A stretch of 64,000 bases of DNA from Strigamia acuminata (taxonomy: Eukaryota). The number at the start of each line of letters is the position of its first letter. The first letter of the stretch is position 1. Location: assembly GCA_949358305.1 (NCBI GenBank), contig OX442314.1:11718001-11782000 (forward strand), in the 5' to 3' direction. Below the pieces are notes generated by a model. The model saw only the letters and a program-made list of their open reading frames with translations, was not told the origin of the DNA and made no database searches. The translations under genes were made by a program, and so were the position numbers. This document shows, piece after piece, positions 41,463-54,197 of this stretch.

Positions 41463-42044
41463 ATGAGCGCGTTAAACACGTTTCATTTGTTTTCACGCAG
41501 TTGCATCAATAGTGGAAGTTTGAATTTGTTTTATGGGATAATTATTCATTCTTTCTCGCAAGCTTCTGCTGTAAAAATGTTGTCGGTTGATTATGAGGTG
41601 TTTGGTAAAGTGCAAGGTATTGGAATGAAAATAAAAATATTTTAAAAATATTAAAATTTTTGTTTTATTTTTTCAGGTGTGTTTTTCAGAAAGGTAAAAT
41701 TAATTTATTCGGATTTAAATGAGACGAGATTATTAATTCATTTGCGATAAATTTGTAGTACACGCAACAGAAAGCGAAGGAATTAGGTCTGACCGGTTGG
41801 GTGAGAAATACGAGTCAAGGAACGGTTGTGGGTCAATTAGAAGGCGAGAACTCCGAAGTGTCAAAAATGTAATGTTTCCTCTTCCATCTTAATCGCAATC
41901 GTAATGCCAATCGTGCGCAACTGTTTCAGGAAACATTGGCTGCAAAATGTTGGGAGCCCGCATTCAAGGATTGATAAATGTGAATTTAAAGGCGAAAAAG
42001 AAATATCAAAAACAAATTTTAAGAAATTTGTAATCAAAGAATGA
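41463..42044 (+). CDS. ACYP2: Acylphosphatase (catalytic residues intact)
   Basis: SVDYEVFGKVQG-VFFRK (17-nt exon 41677-41693)-YTQQKAKELGLTGWVRNT..WLQNVGSPHSRID. A second in-frame ATG lies at 41577. Confidence 0.92.
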
Positions 42045-42550
42045 GCACAAGAAGCGAACTATAAATCTAGAGGAACAGTTCCTACTCAAAACCAAATAAA
42101 CATGTCGCATATTGACTGGAAATTGAGCACAAAAAGCATTTTTGGAATTTGACAACACACTTAGTTACGAAGCTTCCCAATAGATGCCATGATTGTCTAT
42201 TTGTAGACAAAATGATACGATATTTGCATGCATTTAAGAAAAAAAAATATTTATTTTATTTATTTTAAATATGTAAATTTGATGAATAACCTCTTTTTAT
42301 TTTGTACAGTATTAAATTCCCAAAAATGTTGTGTTCTTTTATGTATATTCCTGAGATTAAAAACCTTACTTTTGATTGAAAATAATATTTTCAATCGTCG
42401 TAACTGTAAAATAAAGTTTAAATAAATTAGCCCACTAAATTGGTTCACGTTTGAAAGCTGCTTTGTATATATACACCTGCCCAAATGATCCAAAAATAGC
42501 AAGGATTCAGCCTCGTTTGACCGAGCAGACGAAGCGAAGTAGTTGGCAGT

Positions 42551-43596
42551 ATGGCGGGCATAGGCATGGAGTTTTTAAGCGAATCGATGACTCCAACCAT
42601 AACATATCACACCTCTCAATCGCACCAGTACACCACAAAAATCACCACGCCACAACAGACATTGGTTTCGGTCGATTTCGAGGTTTTTGGTGGTGTTCAA
42701 GGTAAACATTTCAAAAAAAAATTACAAATAAGTTTTTTTATTAGGTTAAATACTAAAATTATGGTAAATACTTGCTAGAAAATGAATAATTATAAGCGGG
42801 AAATATTTTTCAAAATAGATATCATCAAATACAAAAATAAAATCCAAGCATTCCAGCACTTCTGCTTTTGGGCAGTTGACAATAGACAAATATAATAGTA
42901 GATAAGTGACATCACACTTGAACTATTCAAAGTTATTTTTATATAAAAATCTCTCTTAAATCTCCATAAAACCCCCAGTTTGGCAATCTAACAATTTCCC
43001 TTCTTTAATTTTATTTAAATTTCTTTAAATTGGCATTTTAAAAAACAATTATTTTGGTGCAAATGTGTGAAACTGTTTAATAATTTCAATTCTTTTCTTT
43101 TTCTAGGTGTTTTCTTTTCTAAGGTAATTAATTTCACTCTTCTAATTCCAATTTATCACTTAGCCTTCAACATCCTGTAGCAAATTAACACTAGAAATGC
43201 TAAATTTAGCTCCTATTTTTTTATAGTGGTGCATGTTTAGACATCATCTGTTATCACGTTTTACAGAGTTAACATTTAGTTGAGTTTATTTTTGTATTTT
43301 TATTTTTTAGTTCTGTTCTAATCAGGCTAGAACACTCGGGTTGAAAGGATGGGTGAGGAATTCGCGAAAGGGAACCATTTTAGGAGTAATGCAAGGCCAG
43401 AAAGAAAGAGTTGATGAGATGTGAGTTGTTAATGAAGACGATAAACTTGTGTTTACATTTGTTTTCTTTTCTCGCCGGTAGGGCGATGTGGCTGAGATTG
43501 CAGGGAAGCCCCGGATGTAAGATTCAGGACTGCGTGTTCCGAAATTGGACCATAATCGATGGGCATGATTTCAAAGAATTTCGTGTTTTGTATTAA
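42551..43596 (+). CDS. Acylphosphatase-like paralog, catalytic Arg replaced by Ser
   Basis: SVDFEVFGGVQG-VFFSK (17-nt exon 43107-43123)-FCSNQARTLGLKGWVRNSRKGTI..WLRLQGSPGCKI; same intron positions as the upstream copy. Confidence 0.88.
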
Positions 43597-43783
43597 AAAG
43601 TGAAGATTTTTGGTTTTAAAATTAGATTTGACGAAGCATTTACGTCATTTTTAAAAATTAATTAATTAATTCTCGATCTTGCATTGTATGTTTTTCTCAC
43701 ACACGATGGAATTAAATTAAGTCTCACCCGTGATTTTGTTTTTAGTTTTTTAACGTTTTATTACACAACGTGTACATGGATAA

Positions 43784-44928
43784 TCAACGGCAAGCGGCCA
43801 TGATACCAGCGACACCTGCGGAGAAATTAAATAATTAAAAATTAAAATATTTGAGCGAAAAATCAGAAAATTTACTTTCAAAATCAATTTTTTCGGTGAT
43901 GTTCTTCGTTTTAATGTTTTCTTCTTGATTGGTTACAAAAATCATGCCATTTTCGAGTTCTTTCCATCCATATTTAGTCATCCATTGCTTCAAAATAACA
44001 TCTGCAACGATTTTATTCATAGTTTTATTTTATTATTATTATTATTTTTTAATTTTTTAAATTAATTTACCAGTAACACCACCCAGCAATTCCGTCAGCA
44101 CCGTTTGTTCGATAGTTTGGTACGTAATTCCAACAACGTGGCAAATAACTGAAAATAATAAAATAAAATAAATTAATTCAAATTAATTCAATTTCTTTTC
44201 AAAATTTTAAACAATTAACGCACATTTACGAATAGAATCTTCAAATCCTGAAATTCCAGCAATGACGTCAGGAGAATCTTGAATTGTCGTCTGAAAAGAA
44301 TAAAATTAAAAATTAAAATTATAACAATTAATTTTAACGAAAATCCTTACCCAGAAATCTTTGAATCGACATACTTCTAACAAATGCGCCAAACTCATCA
44401 CTTTTTGAATGGATTCATCTTCGAGCTACAAAATTAATTCAACTAATTCAAATTTTTCCACCGATTAAATTAAATAAAACTAATAAACGCACATGAACTT
44501 GGTCAATTAAACATTTGCACAAAACAAAATCGGTGTGTGGTAAATTTGTCAATGCTTTTAGAAGAATTTGATTGACTACATTCATCTGGTAAAAACTCGG
44601 GTTAAACTGGTACCTGAAAAATGTGAAGAGAGTCTTTAGAAATCGCTTGTAATTAAAGAAAAGTGAAAGTAAACCATTACAATTTTAATACGGCTAAATT
44701 AGCTTCAAGATCGTATGTGTTTTCACGTGCTTGGACTTCAACATATTTTTCCAGTGTGGCAAGATTTTCAGGATTATAACTGTGAATTGAGAAGGAATAA
44801 ATTCAAGTTTTTGGTTTGGTAAATTAGAAGGTATAAGTATATTGTCGTTTATGTTGTTAATTAGGTGTTTACCGATCAATTCCTTTCAGCATCGATGCTA
44901 CAGCTGTCCTCATCATTTCGGCCGACAT
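43784..44928 (-). CDS. EIF3K: Eukaryotic translation initiation factor 3 subunit K
   Basis: [68 protein letters not shown]. Confidence 0.96.
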
Positions 44929-45449
44929 CTTGAATCACGTTGCTACCTAGGTAACAGTTTATAAAACCCGAATACGGTTGTTCTAAAAGGTGAAAACTTG
45001 TACACCGTATATAGAAAATAAAAATTAAAAACGAATTCTTTTGATTTTTGGTTTAGTTTCAAGATAAAATTTTAACATTGAATATTAAAAAACATTTTTT
45101 TTGCGATTTTATTTAATTTTGGTAAAAATTTTGTTTTTGCTCTAATATCTAGAAAATTTGTTATATTTTAGACACATTTTTTTCAATTTTGGAAACAATT
45201 TCTATTTAGTATTCATTTAAAATAAAGATAATTATGTTGTCCGTTTTTTCCAGACTTCAAAAAAATATATTATGGAAATCTAATCAAATTTAGCGAACTC
45301 GTTGCATAATTTATTTAAAATGTCAATTTCACTTTCATCCTGAGGCAGAAATTCTTGGCCTTGAATAACCTGGGAATTGCGTCATAGACAATTTTCAAAA
45401 CCCCCCTGACCCCTCCTATGTTTTTATTCTTTAAGTCACTCAAACAAAG

Positions 45450-46046
45450 ATGAATATCATTTCCTCAACCCTTTTTTTAATTGCCCTGACAGTTGTCACT
45501 GAATCGCGTGTGCCTCTTATAGCATACACGGGGCAACCTCTCGAACTGTCACCAAATGGACTAAGAAGTGTCGAAGCGAACAAGGCAGCGAAGTATGCAG
45601 CGCAGCAAATACTACAAGAAAAACTCACAAATTGGAATCTGCCATCCTGTGTAGATGTAGTTCCAGAAATTTTATATGGCACATCCAAAGTAAATACCAA
45701 ACCATCCAATATTTAAATTTTAATGTTTAAAAAATGTATAAAAAAAATTTAATGTCAAGGTTGTTGCTGGAATTGAATATACAATACATCTTCACCTTAC
45801 CTACAGACCTGCTGCTGCTAGCCGAGATCCCAGTTGTAGATCAGCACTAAATATTTTTCAGGTTAAAATTTTATTTATTTATTTAAAAAATTAAAAATAT
45901 CTTAATTTTTAATTTATTTATAGGATGAAGAATGTACAGTAACTGTTGTTTATCAACCATACAAACCAACAGCTGAGTCCATATTGGCTTTATTGGCTAA
46001 ACAATGCCAAGATGTCCATTCTTTTTTCCCAGAAGCTCGTGAATAA
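45450..46046 (+). CDS. Secreted cystatin-like protein (~154 aa) with variant motifs
   Basis: Exons 45450-45689, 45760-45861 and 45924-46046. Signal peptide, N-terminal G, helix KAAKYA, KVVAG in place of QxVxG (phase-0 intron within the motif), CTVTVVYQPY in place of PW, terminal Cys. Confidence 0.7.
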
Positions 46047-46102
46047 CAATATTTTTTAAAAAAAATAACATACTTTGTCTCATTGTGTTTCACGGAATAA
46101 AA

Positions 46103-47181
46103 ATGTCGTTTGAAAGTGTATCTCCTGATAAAAGTAGTAACACTAAAAAAATGTCGATTGGAAGTGTATCTCCTGGTAAAATTAGTAACACTACAAACTT
46201 GCCGTTTGAAAATGTACCTCCTGATGAAATTAGTGACACTATTAGTGAGACTTTAAAACCAGCAGAATTGCCGGTTACAGCAATTCCAATGGTCCTCGGT
46301 TCACCCTTATCGAAAAGTCCCTCGTTATTATCGCTGGGATCGTCTCGTTCTAGCGACGTAGAGCTCGACGACGAAGAATTAATATTGTCGGCTGACGAAG
46401 AAATGGAAAACGAAGAATTTCTGGAGGATCTTCATGTGCGAGTATCTGAAGAAAGCATTCCAGAAGTAAATTAAATTATTCAAATTTATTTCCATCACAA
46501 CGCCATTTTTGTTTATTTATTTTTAAAGATGGTGCACGTTTATAGACGAAAACTTTCGTACATCATAAATAGTACGTATTAAAAAATCAACAGATTATCA
46601 CATAAAATATATAAAATTTTAATTTTAAAGCCGACTTAAGAAGCCACTTGAAAGACGACTTTGATAGAATTTTATTGGTTAAAAACAAACGTCTTTGGCG
46701 TTTATCGAATCACATGACTCAGAATTTAAGTAAAGAAAATTCTAACAAAAAATATATAAAATCTTAAATAAATTCAACAACATTTTGATAACATTTCAGA
46801 AACGATCACTGATTATTACAGATCGCAACTGGATGTTAAAGAATATCAGTTATTTCTATACAGAACCAAACTCAAAGTGATGATCAAGCACATGTTTGAC
46901 ATGGCCGAAAAACAAGTAAATTTCTAAATAAAAAACAAATAAATAAATTTATCTATACGTTTTTCCAGGAAAATAAACTGGCTAGAGATCATTTTAACCA
47001 TTATCTAAGTGAACTGCTTCAAGCACCACCTGACAACGCCACTCAACCGCCGCTAAAAGTGCCGAGCATGTTCGATAATCTCCCGGGAAAAACTCCTCCT
47101 TCCACTTTAATGGGGCTCAACACGCCGCCGGAGAGACGAGGCTTTTTTAAGAGTCTTAAGAAATTTCTCTTTCGTTCTTAA
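46103..47181 (+). CDS. Orphan ~277-aa protein (16-aa N-terminal repeats, acidic tract, C-terminal amphipathic tail)
   Basis: Exons 46103-46465, 46529-46571, 46631-46729, 46800-46915 and 46969-47181 join in frame (834 nt), all GT-AG. Confidence 0.7.
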
Positions 47182-47200
47182 TCTTAATTCTACAATTTTT

Positions 47201-48171
47201 TTAATTTGCTTGTTTTTCGATTAAAAGTTTCAGTAAACTGTTGAGTTCTTGAATAGCTTTGACTTTTTGCATTTCCAATTCTTCCAAACGATCTAATTGC
47301 TTATTCAAATCATTATCTGCAATTTCTTCGCTACTTCGTCGCTGTTCTTCCAGTTTCCTCGGTACTTTTTCACTTTTCCTGTGCATATTAAATTTGGAGT
47401 ATGTTTTCATTTTGAGAATATCGTCGCTGATTATCTTGCTCCTGTATGCGGCATCCAGCTGCTCGTAGTACTCCCAGTAACACCTGTTTATTAATACAGA
47501 ACAAAATAAGTACCATAAATGTTCTCTTAAAACACCCACGCGCCATTAAAAATAACCTAGATTCCTCCCGAAATGATTAGGCGATAATTACAATAGATTT
47601 TCAATCTCAAGAAAATCTATTTTTGCACAAAAAGTGCATTTCGCACATTAAAAAGTGAATTTTGCACCTTAAATGGCATTTTTGGGACTAAAAGGAGATT
47701 TTTGAACTTGAAAAATGCATTTTTGCACTTTGCAACCGCATTGTACAGGATAACACGGTCATTCAGCATCCCGCGCTCAAGGTAAGCGTTTACGGTACAT
47801 TTGTACGAATTTGTTATCCTTTAAAACCTTTTTTTGTTGGATAATTTAATTTTTCTAAAAGTTGTCAATAAATTTCTCCATTTGTTGTCGCAGGCTGTGC
47901 CCGTTATCCACTGAGCTTCGTCCGACGAATTCCGTAATTGGTCCGCGATTTTGTCCCACAATTCGAACTTTCTCGATTTGTTACATTTGAATTCCTCGTT
48001 AGATTCCAATCGGAAATCGATTAATGAATTGGTCAACTTTGAATTCCATTGCGGCGCTTTTTCATCTAAAAAAAAAAATCAGCGAATTATATAAAAATAA
48101 ATGTATAAATTCTAAATACCTTTTATTAAAATCAATTCCCCGGAATCTTCGTTCAAAATATAACGTTCCAT
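47201..48171 (-). CDS. Myb/SANT-like (trihelix) DNA-binding protein with a C-terminal coiled coil (~190 aa)
   Basis: Exons 48171-48120, 48065-47828 and 47483-47201; W..LIDFR..F..LWDKIADQL..TGTACDNKWRNLLTTFRK..CYWEYYEQLD. Confidence 0.85.
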
Positions 48172-48316
48172 AATTGTAATAAACAAAGATTATTTCATTT
48201 TTGTTGACGTTCCGATTTGAAGGCTTGTAACGACGCGTCACCGAATGGAACTTGACACGATCGGTCCACTTACATAAGGGAGGGAAGGTTACAAATATAA
48301 ACGTCTAGACGACACC

Positions 48317-50524
48317 ATGGTCCTGAAATATCTATGTAAAGTTGTCTTATGTACAACAATAGTAATAGTTTTAATTGCGACTTTGCCTGGATTGTTGGAA
48401 TTTAATCCAAAATTGGTTGTGTAAGTAATTGAAACGATTTTGTTTGAAATATTTATATGTTTTTTATTTTTTTTAGCACAAAATCATGTCCTGAGTTTGT
48501 GGGACCGTTAACAGTGAATAATAAACTTGATCAAGTGTCAAAGCTGTTGGAAAATGAAATTGAAGGACCAGAATCCATTGCTTCTTATAAAGGCGATCTG
48601 TATACAGGACTTGCTGATGGGAGAATTGTGAGAATTGATAAAAGAAACAAAGTTTTCACGATAGCACAAGTTAAAAAGTGTGGTAAAATATGCCAGTTTA
48701 CACTGTTTGCACAGTTAAATGTATTTTATTCACTTTGGTAATTGCATGTTTGTTGTTATTGCAGCTGGGATTTGGGAGGAACATATCTGTGGTAGACCAC
48801 TGGGTATTAGGATTGATGAAAAGGGATATCTCTATGTGGCAAATGCGTATTTTGGAATACTTAAGTTGAACATCCAGAATGGTAAATAAAAAATTGCACA
48901 AAAATGAAATAATTAAATTTAAATTGTATGTTTAGGACACATTGAAACCATTTATTCCAGCCAAACAGAAGTAGATGGGAGGAAATCAATGGTTGTTAAT
49001 GATTTGGATATTGGAAAAAATGGGGATATTTATTTCTCGGATAGCAGCAAATGGCCACTGATGGAATTGCTGTATGAATTCTTGGAAGGTGTTCCGAATG
49101 GGAGGTTAAGAAATTTTTTATTTGTAATATGGAGGATAGAAGATCGATGAATGCAATTCAATTTTTTCCATAAAAATTAAGGGGTTTCAAAAATTGATTT
49201 TTAAGCTAAAATTGAATTTTTAAGTTAAAATTTGAATTTTTAAGTTAAAATTTGAATTTTTAAGCTAAAAATTGAATTTTTAAGCTAAAAATTGAATTTT
49301 TAAGCTAAAAATTGAATTTTTAAGCTAAAAATTGAATTTTTAAGCTAAAAATTGAATTTTTAAGCTAAAAATTGAATTTTTAAGCTAAAAATTGAATTTT
49401 TAAGCTAAAAATTGAATTTTTAAGCTAAAAATTGAATTTTTAAGCTAAAAATTGAATTTTTAGGCTCAAAATTGAATTTTTAGGTTAAAAATTGAATTTT
49501 TAGGTTAAAAATTGAATTTTTAGGCTAAAAATTGAATTTTTAGGCTAAAAATTGAATTTTCAGGCTAAAACATTGAATTTTTCAGCTAAAAATATTCCTA
49601 GTAAGTGGCAACCCATCTATAACTGCACCGTTTTACATTTACATATACCGGTAATCGCATCAGATTACATCGCTTAAGACTAAAATCGCAAACCGCCTTG
49701 AACTTTGCTTATCAGATGAAACTTTGCTTGCATTAAATTCAATTTAAGTAAATTACACAAGCCATATTCCACAGGGTACTACACTGGAATCCAAACTCAA
49801 AGAAAATTGAAGTTTTAACACAAGGTCTATCGTTCGCAAATGGCATTCAATTATCCCCAGACGAAAGCTTTCTTCTTATCAGTGAAAGTTTCAACAACCG
49901 AATCCTCAAGTAAATCTTAAAATAAATCCTCAAATAAAACACGAAACAAAATCGATAATCAATCGATCAATTGTCAGACTCCACTTAAAAGGCCCCAAGA
50001 AAAACCAGGTGGAAGTTTTCATCGATAATCTCCCGGGTGTTGCCGATAACATTCGCATCAATCCCAGGGGGAATTATTGGGTCGGCCAATGCTCAACCCG
50101 ATTTCCTGGCCACAAATCTCCAATGGAGATTATTGGAAACCAATTGCTACTTCGTAAAGTGCTCGCAAGATTAGTTCACATATTCCAATCAACGATATGG
50201 TTCGTGAAAACAAACTTGATTTCGTCGGACATTTTGGACCAGTTGTGGTACAGAGTAAGAAACGACAAAAAAATTGACATTTTGTCTCCAAATTTTAAAA
50301 TAATTTTGTTTTTTACGTTCCAGAGTGCACATTTTTACCCTTACGCCAAACTCGGGGCTCCCAAGTACGGCCTCATCCTCGAAATTGATCAAAAAGGTGA
50401 AATAATACGGTCCCTTCACGCGCCAAACGGTACCATCTACTTTATAAGCGAGGTTCACGAAGTTGATAATCATTTGTACCTCGGCTCCCCTTGGAACGAC
50501 TACATAGGAAAAATTAAAATCTAA
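48317..50524 (+). CDS. APMAP: Adipocyte plasma membrane-associated protein / hemomucin (strictosidine synthase-like)
   Basis: N-terminal anchor, GPESI, LYTGLADGRIV, CGRPLGIR, NDLD, SFANGIQLSPDE, FIDNLPGVADNIR, SEVHEVDNHLYLGS. Confidence 0.92.
49190..49590. repeat. Intronic 20-bp minisatellite
   Basis: (TAAGCTAAAAATTGAATTTT)n, ~19 copies, in an APMAP intron. A related short array lies at ~20105-20155. Confidence 0.95.
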
Positions 50525-50606
50525 ATTAATTAGCTTCGTACCTGATTTATTTTACATGTTTATACAAGAAAACGTGAGCAATAAAAATAATTTTATTTTT
50601 GGGGAT

Positions 50607-52404
50607 TTATTTTTCCTCGTTGATGGGACCCATCGCCTCATAATTCTTCAGCGGATAATGATCGGCGTGTTTTAAAACATGATTTTTCATTTCGTTCATT
50701 TGTTCCTGCAAATGAGGCGGCATTTTGTCGTAAACGTCGGTAAACAACAACTCCGGTGCAGGTTTCTTGTGCTTCTCAGCTCGCGCGAAACTTTGCATGA
50801 CCTAAATCAAAAGAAAAACATTTTAAATTACAAAATTATCCAAAATAAAATAAAAATAAAAATCGCGAACTTGTTTTTTTGATTCATCCTTCCACGCCTT
50901 TTCCTTCTCATCATCCCACAAATTTTGTTTCTTCATATAACGTCTAAAACGAGAAATAGGATGATCTTTTTCATCCCAATACCTCACTTCGTCCACCGAC
51001 CGATAAGCTGTGCTATCGTCGGATGTACTGTGATGCCCAATTCTATATTTTAAGCAAAAATTCAATTTATTACATCAAAAACGAGCAAAAACGAGAAAAA
51101 TGCGGATAACTACCTATACGTCATTGCCTCAATGAGCACGGGTCTTCCTTCCTCCGCCACTATTCTTCTCGCAGCTTTGGTTACATTGTAAACAGCTAAT
51201 ACGTCATTGCCATCGACTCTGATTGATGCAAGACCATAAGCGGGGCCTCGAGCCGCGATACCATCGCCCCGATATTGCTCGTGAGTAGGAGTGGAAATTG
51301 CGTATCCATTATTTCGACTGGAATAAAAATAAAATATTAAAATACATTGACCGGAAATAATAATTTTATATATTCACCAAAAAAATATTATTGGACAATC
51401 TAAAGTGGCTGCAAAATTGAACGCTGCGTGCGCATCACCTTCACTCGCAGCACCTTCTCCGAAGTAACAAATGACGCATAAACCGTTTTGTGCACGTTTA
51501 AATGAATACGCCGCTCCAACAGCTAAAAAAAATATTTTTTAAAAATCAATCAATTTCAATTAATTAAATTATATAAATCACCTTGCGGCATTTGTGTGGC
51601 TAATGTGGATGAAATAGTAACAAAATGGTGTTCGACACTGCCGTAATGGACCGGCATTTGTCTTCCTTGTCCTTTATCCTTGCAATTACTGTAACATTGA
51701 TTCATAAATTGATCCAAACTGAATCCGCGCCACATCAACACACCTAGAATTAAATTTGTAACGTCAAAATCCAAGTTTTGTGAATTGGGATTAAACAAAT
51801 TATACCCGCTTCTCTGTATTGACCAAACACTAAATCTTTATCGTGTAGAGCCGCAGCACTTCCCATGTGTGTTCCTTCTTCGCCATAATTCGTCATGTAA
51901 AATGATATGCGCCCTTGACGTTGCGATTCGTACAGTATCCTATCCATAGTGTTTAACAGCGTCATCTTTTGGTATATTTTCACGATCAGATCTTTGTCTA
52001 ACTAAGAAAAATAAAGGTTTTTCAGGTTAAAACGTGTAAAACGTTAATTTTTGCTTTAAATTCTCTACTTTTGGGTCCTCTGATTCGTTAATGATGTTTC
52101 CTTTTCTATCCATGACTCGGTATACTGGAATACCATCGTACAAATCGGATTGGATAAATTCTAACTTTTCGATCCATTTGGATTTGGAGCCGGGGAAATT
52201 CGGCTGTTCGTCTGGGGCGGAAGACGATGAAAATATCTTTAATGAATTGGAAATATTACTCGATGCAGTAATTAATTTTGACTTTCAATGTTTGTAACTT
52301 ACTCTAGATGCTGTGAAAGGGAATGTATTTATGATTTTTTTTGTGCTCGAGCAACGCAATAAGTTATTTGGACGAAAAATTTTGAAAACTAAACTTAACG
52401 CCAT
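50607..52404 (-). CDS. BCKDHA: 2-oxoisovalerate dehydrogenase E1 alpha subunit, mitochondrial
   Basis: [60 protein letters not shown]; basic/Ser-rich presequence. Confidence 0.97.
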
Positions 52405-53465
52405 TTTAAATGATTGTAAACTTGATGTATATCAGCTGTTCAGCTCATGCACATCTTCCGCATCTTTTTCAGTTTGTGGATGGTCGCATTACGGCTCCCA
52501 AATGAAAAACGTCGGCTCTAATTCCAGGTATGTGTAATGCATCAAACAAAGCGTATTACTTAAATTAATTTAATAAATTTAACATTAGTAAATCGACCGA
52601 GCTGAATGTTTTATTTACTCTCCTAAAATTCACACTATCGCCACATAAGTCTAGTTTAAACAGATTGAGATTTATTTGCTAAACGCGAGCATCGTTGATT
52701 CATTATTCGTTTCTGGTGCTGATGCACAAAGATAGCGTAGGGAGCCGTGCAGCGAATATCCACTGCTGTACTCGTGTTGGTTTATCTAAATCATTAGTTC
52801 TGCAGCAAAGCCCAGTTTTATTTATTTTTATATATTTGTGATATTAAATTGTGAAAAAACGTATTGTGAGGTTGTTTATTCCGGTATCGAGACAAGAATT
52901 CACGAAACTTATTACAATTGATTGTTATTTAATAATAACATTCATTTATATTACGTACATAGAAGATGAGGAATGCTGATAAAATTTGCCCTGATTTAGC
53001 AGAATTATTTTAAAACTATTAATCGTCAATAGTAGATAACAAGATTTAAAAGTGTTTGTAGATTTTTCTCATTAAAAGTCAACATATCTCTGAAACATGT
53101 ATTACAATTTTACTGATCTAATTTTCTACCTCGTTATACTTTTGTATTGTATAAATAAGGCCGTAAAACTTTTATTTGTACCGTACCAATATGTTAATAC
53201 TGAATGGCATGATTTACTTTGTAATACTGTTGACCTTTTTAAGCCACTTTATCTTGGAGCAATTTGAGTAAAATTTCAAGTGTTTTCTATTTAGAATTAA
53301 ACTATCGCGAGTGAATTATATAAAATATATACGAATACAAATAATAAATTAATTAATCAATAAACAAATAGAAATAACATCAACTATTGGAAATTTTACA
53401 TAAACATACAATATATAAAACAAGACAGCCACAATTATATAAGCAAAAACATTGTAAGATAGCAC

Positions 53466-54197
53466 CGGGGCCGGATTTAAGTATCGCGGGGCCCTAAACT
53501 CAACTACAACAAATATAGAACCTTTTTTAACAGGCCATACAATCTATGTGTATTGTGATGTTATTTACTAGCTATTTTATAGGTACAGAATAAAATCATA
53601 TCCCAAAACGAAATTAATTTAGAAATTACTTTTTAGTTTCATTACGGAGCCTGACACTAGAGGGAATCAGAATAGAACAGAAACGTGCTTAAAGGCAGCT
53701 AGATAAATAAAATGTCGCTATAGCTCGTTTAGTGAAGCTAAAAATTTGATAATTTTAAAGAAATAGCGAGTTGATTTAGCTTAGCTAACTCGCTACTGGC
53801 GTAATCAAAACTACGTTACTGAATATTGTGAAAATGCATTTTATTCTTCAATTTTTCAAATAAATTTTATAGAATTTGATTATAAATTTTTTGTTTCTGT
53901 TTCTGCCCTTAATAAAATGCATTCCAACCAACTAATTCACACTCAAGAGCTTCTGAGTTTGCGCAGTGACATTCCTACATTTTAAGCACTTTATCCCTTT
54001 TCTATTTCCTTCTTAACTATTGGGCTAACTGAGCTGCAGTCCAGGGGCACCAGGCACCTCCTATAATAAATCACTTGTAAATGTAAAAATGATTTTTTTT
54101 AAATTACGACAAGGGGCAAGGGGTGCCTGATTATTTTTAGCCCAGCGCGCTGAAAAGTGTTAGGAGGGCCCTGCTTTTATACGTAGATCCGGCCCTG
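53466..54197. mobile_element. Non-autonomous hAT element with a perfect 8-bp TSD
   Basis: GATAGCAC|CGGGGCCGGATTTA ... TAGATCCGGCCCTG|GATAGCAC. Confidence 0.9.
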
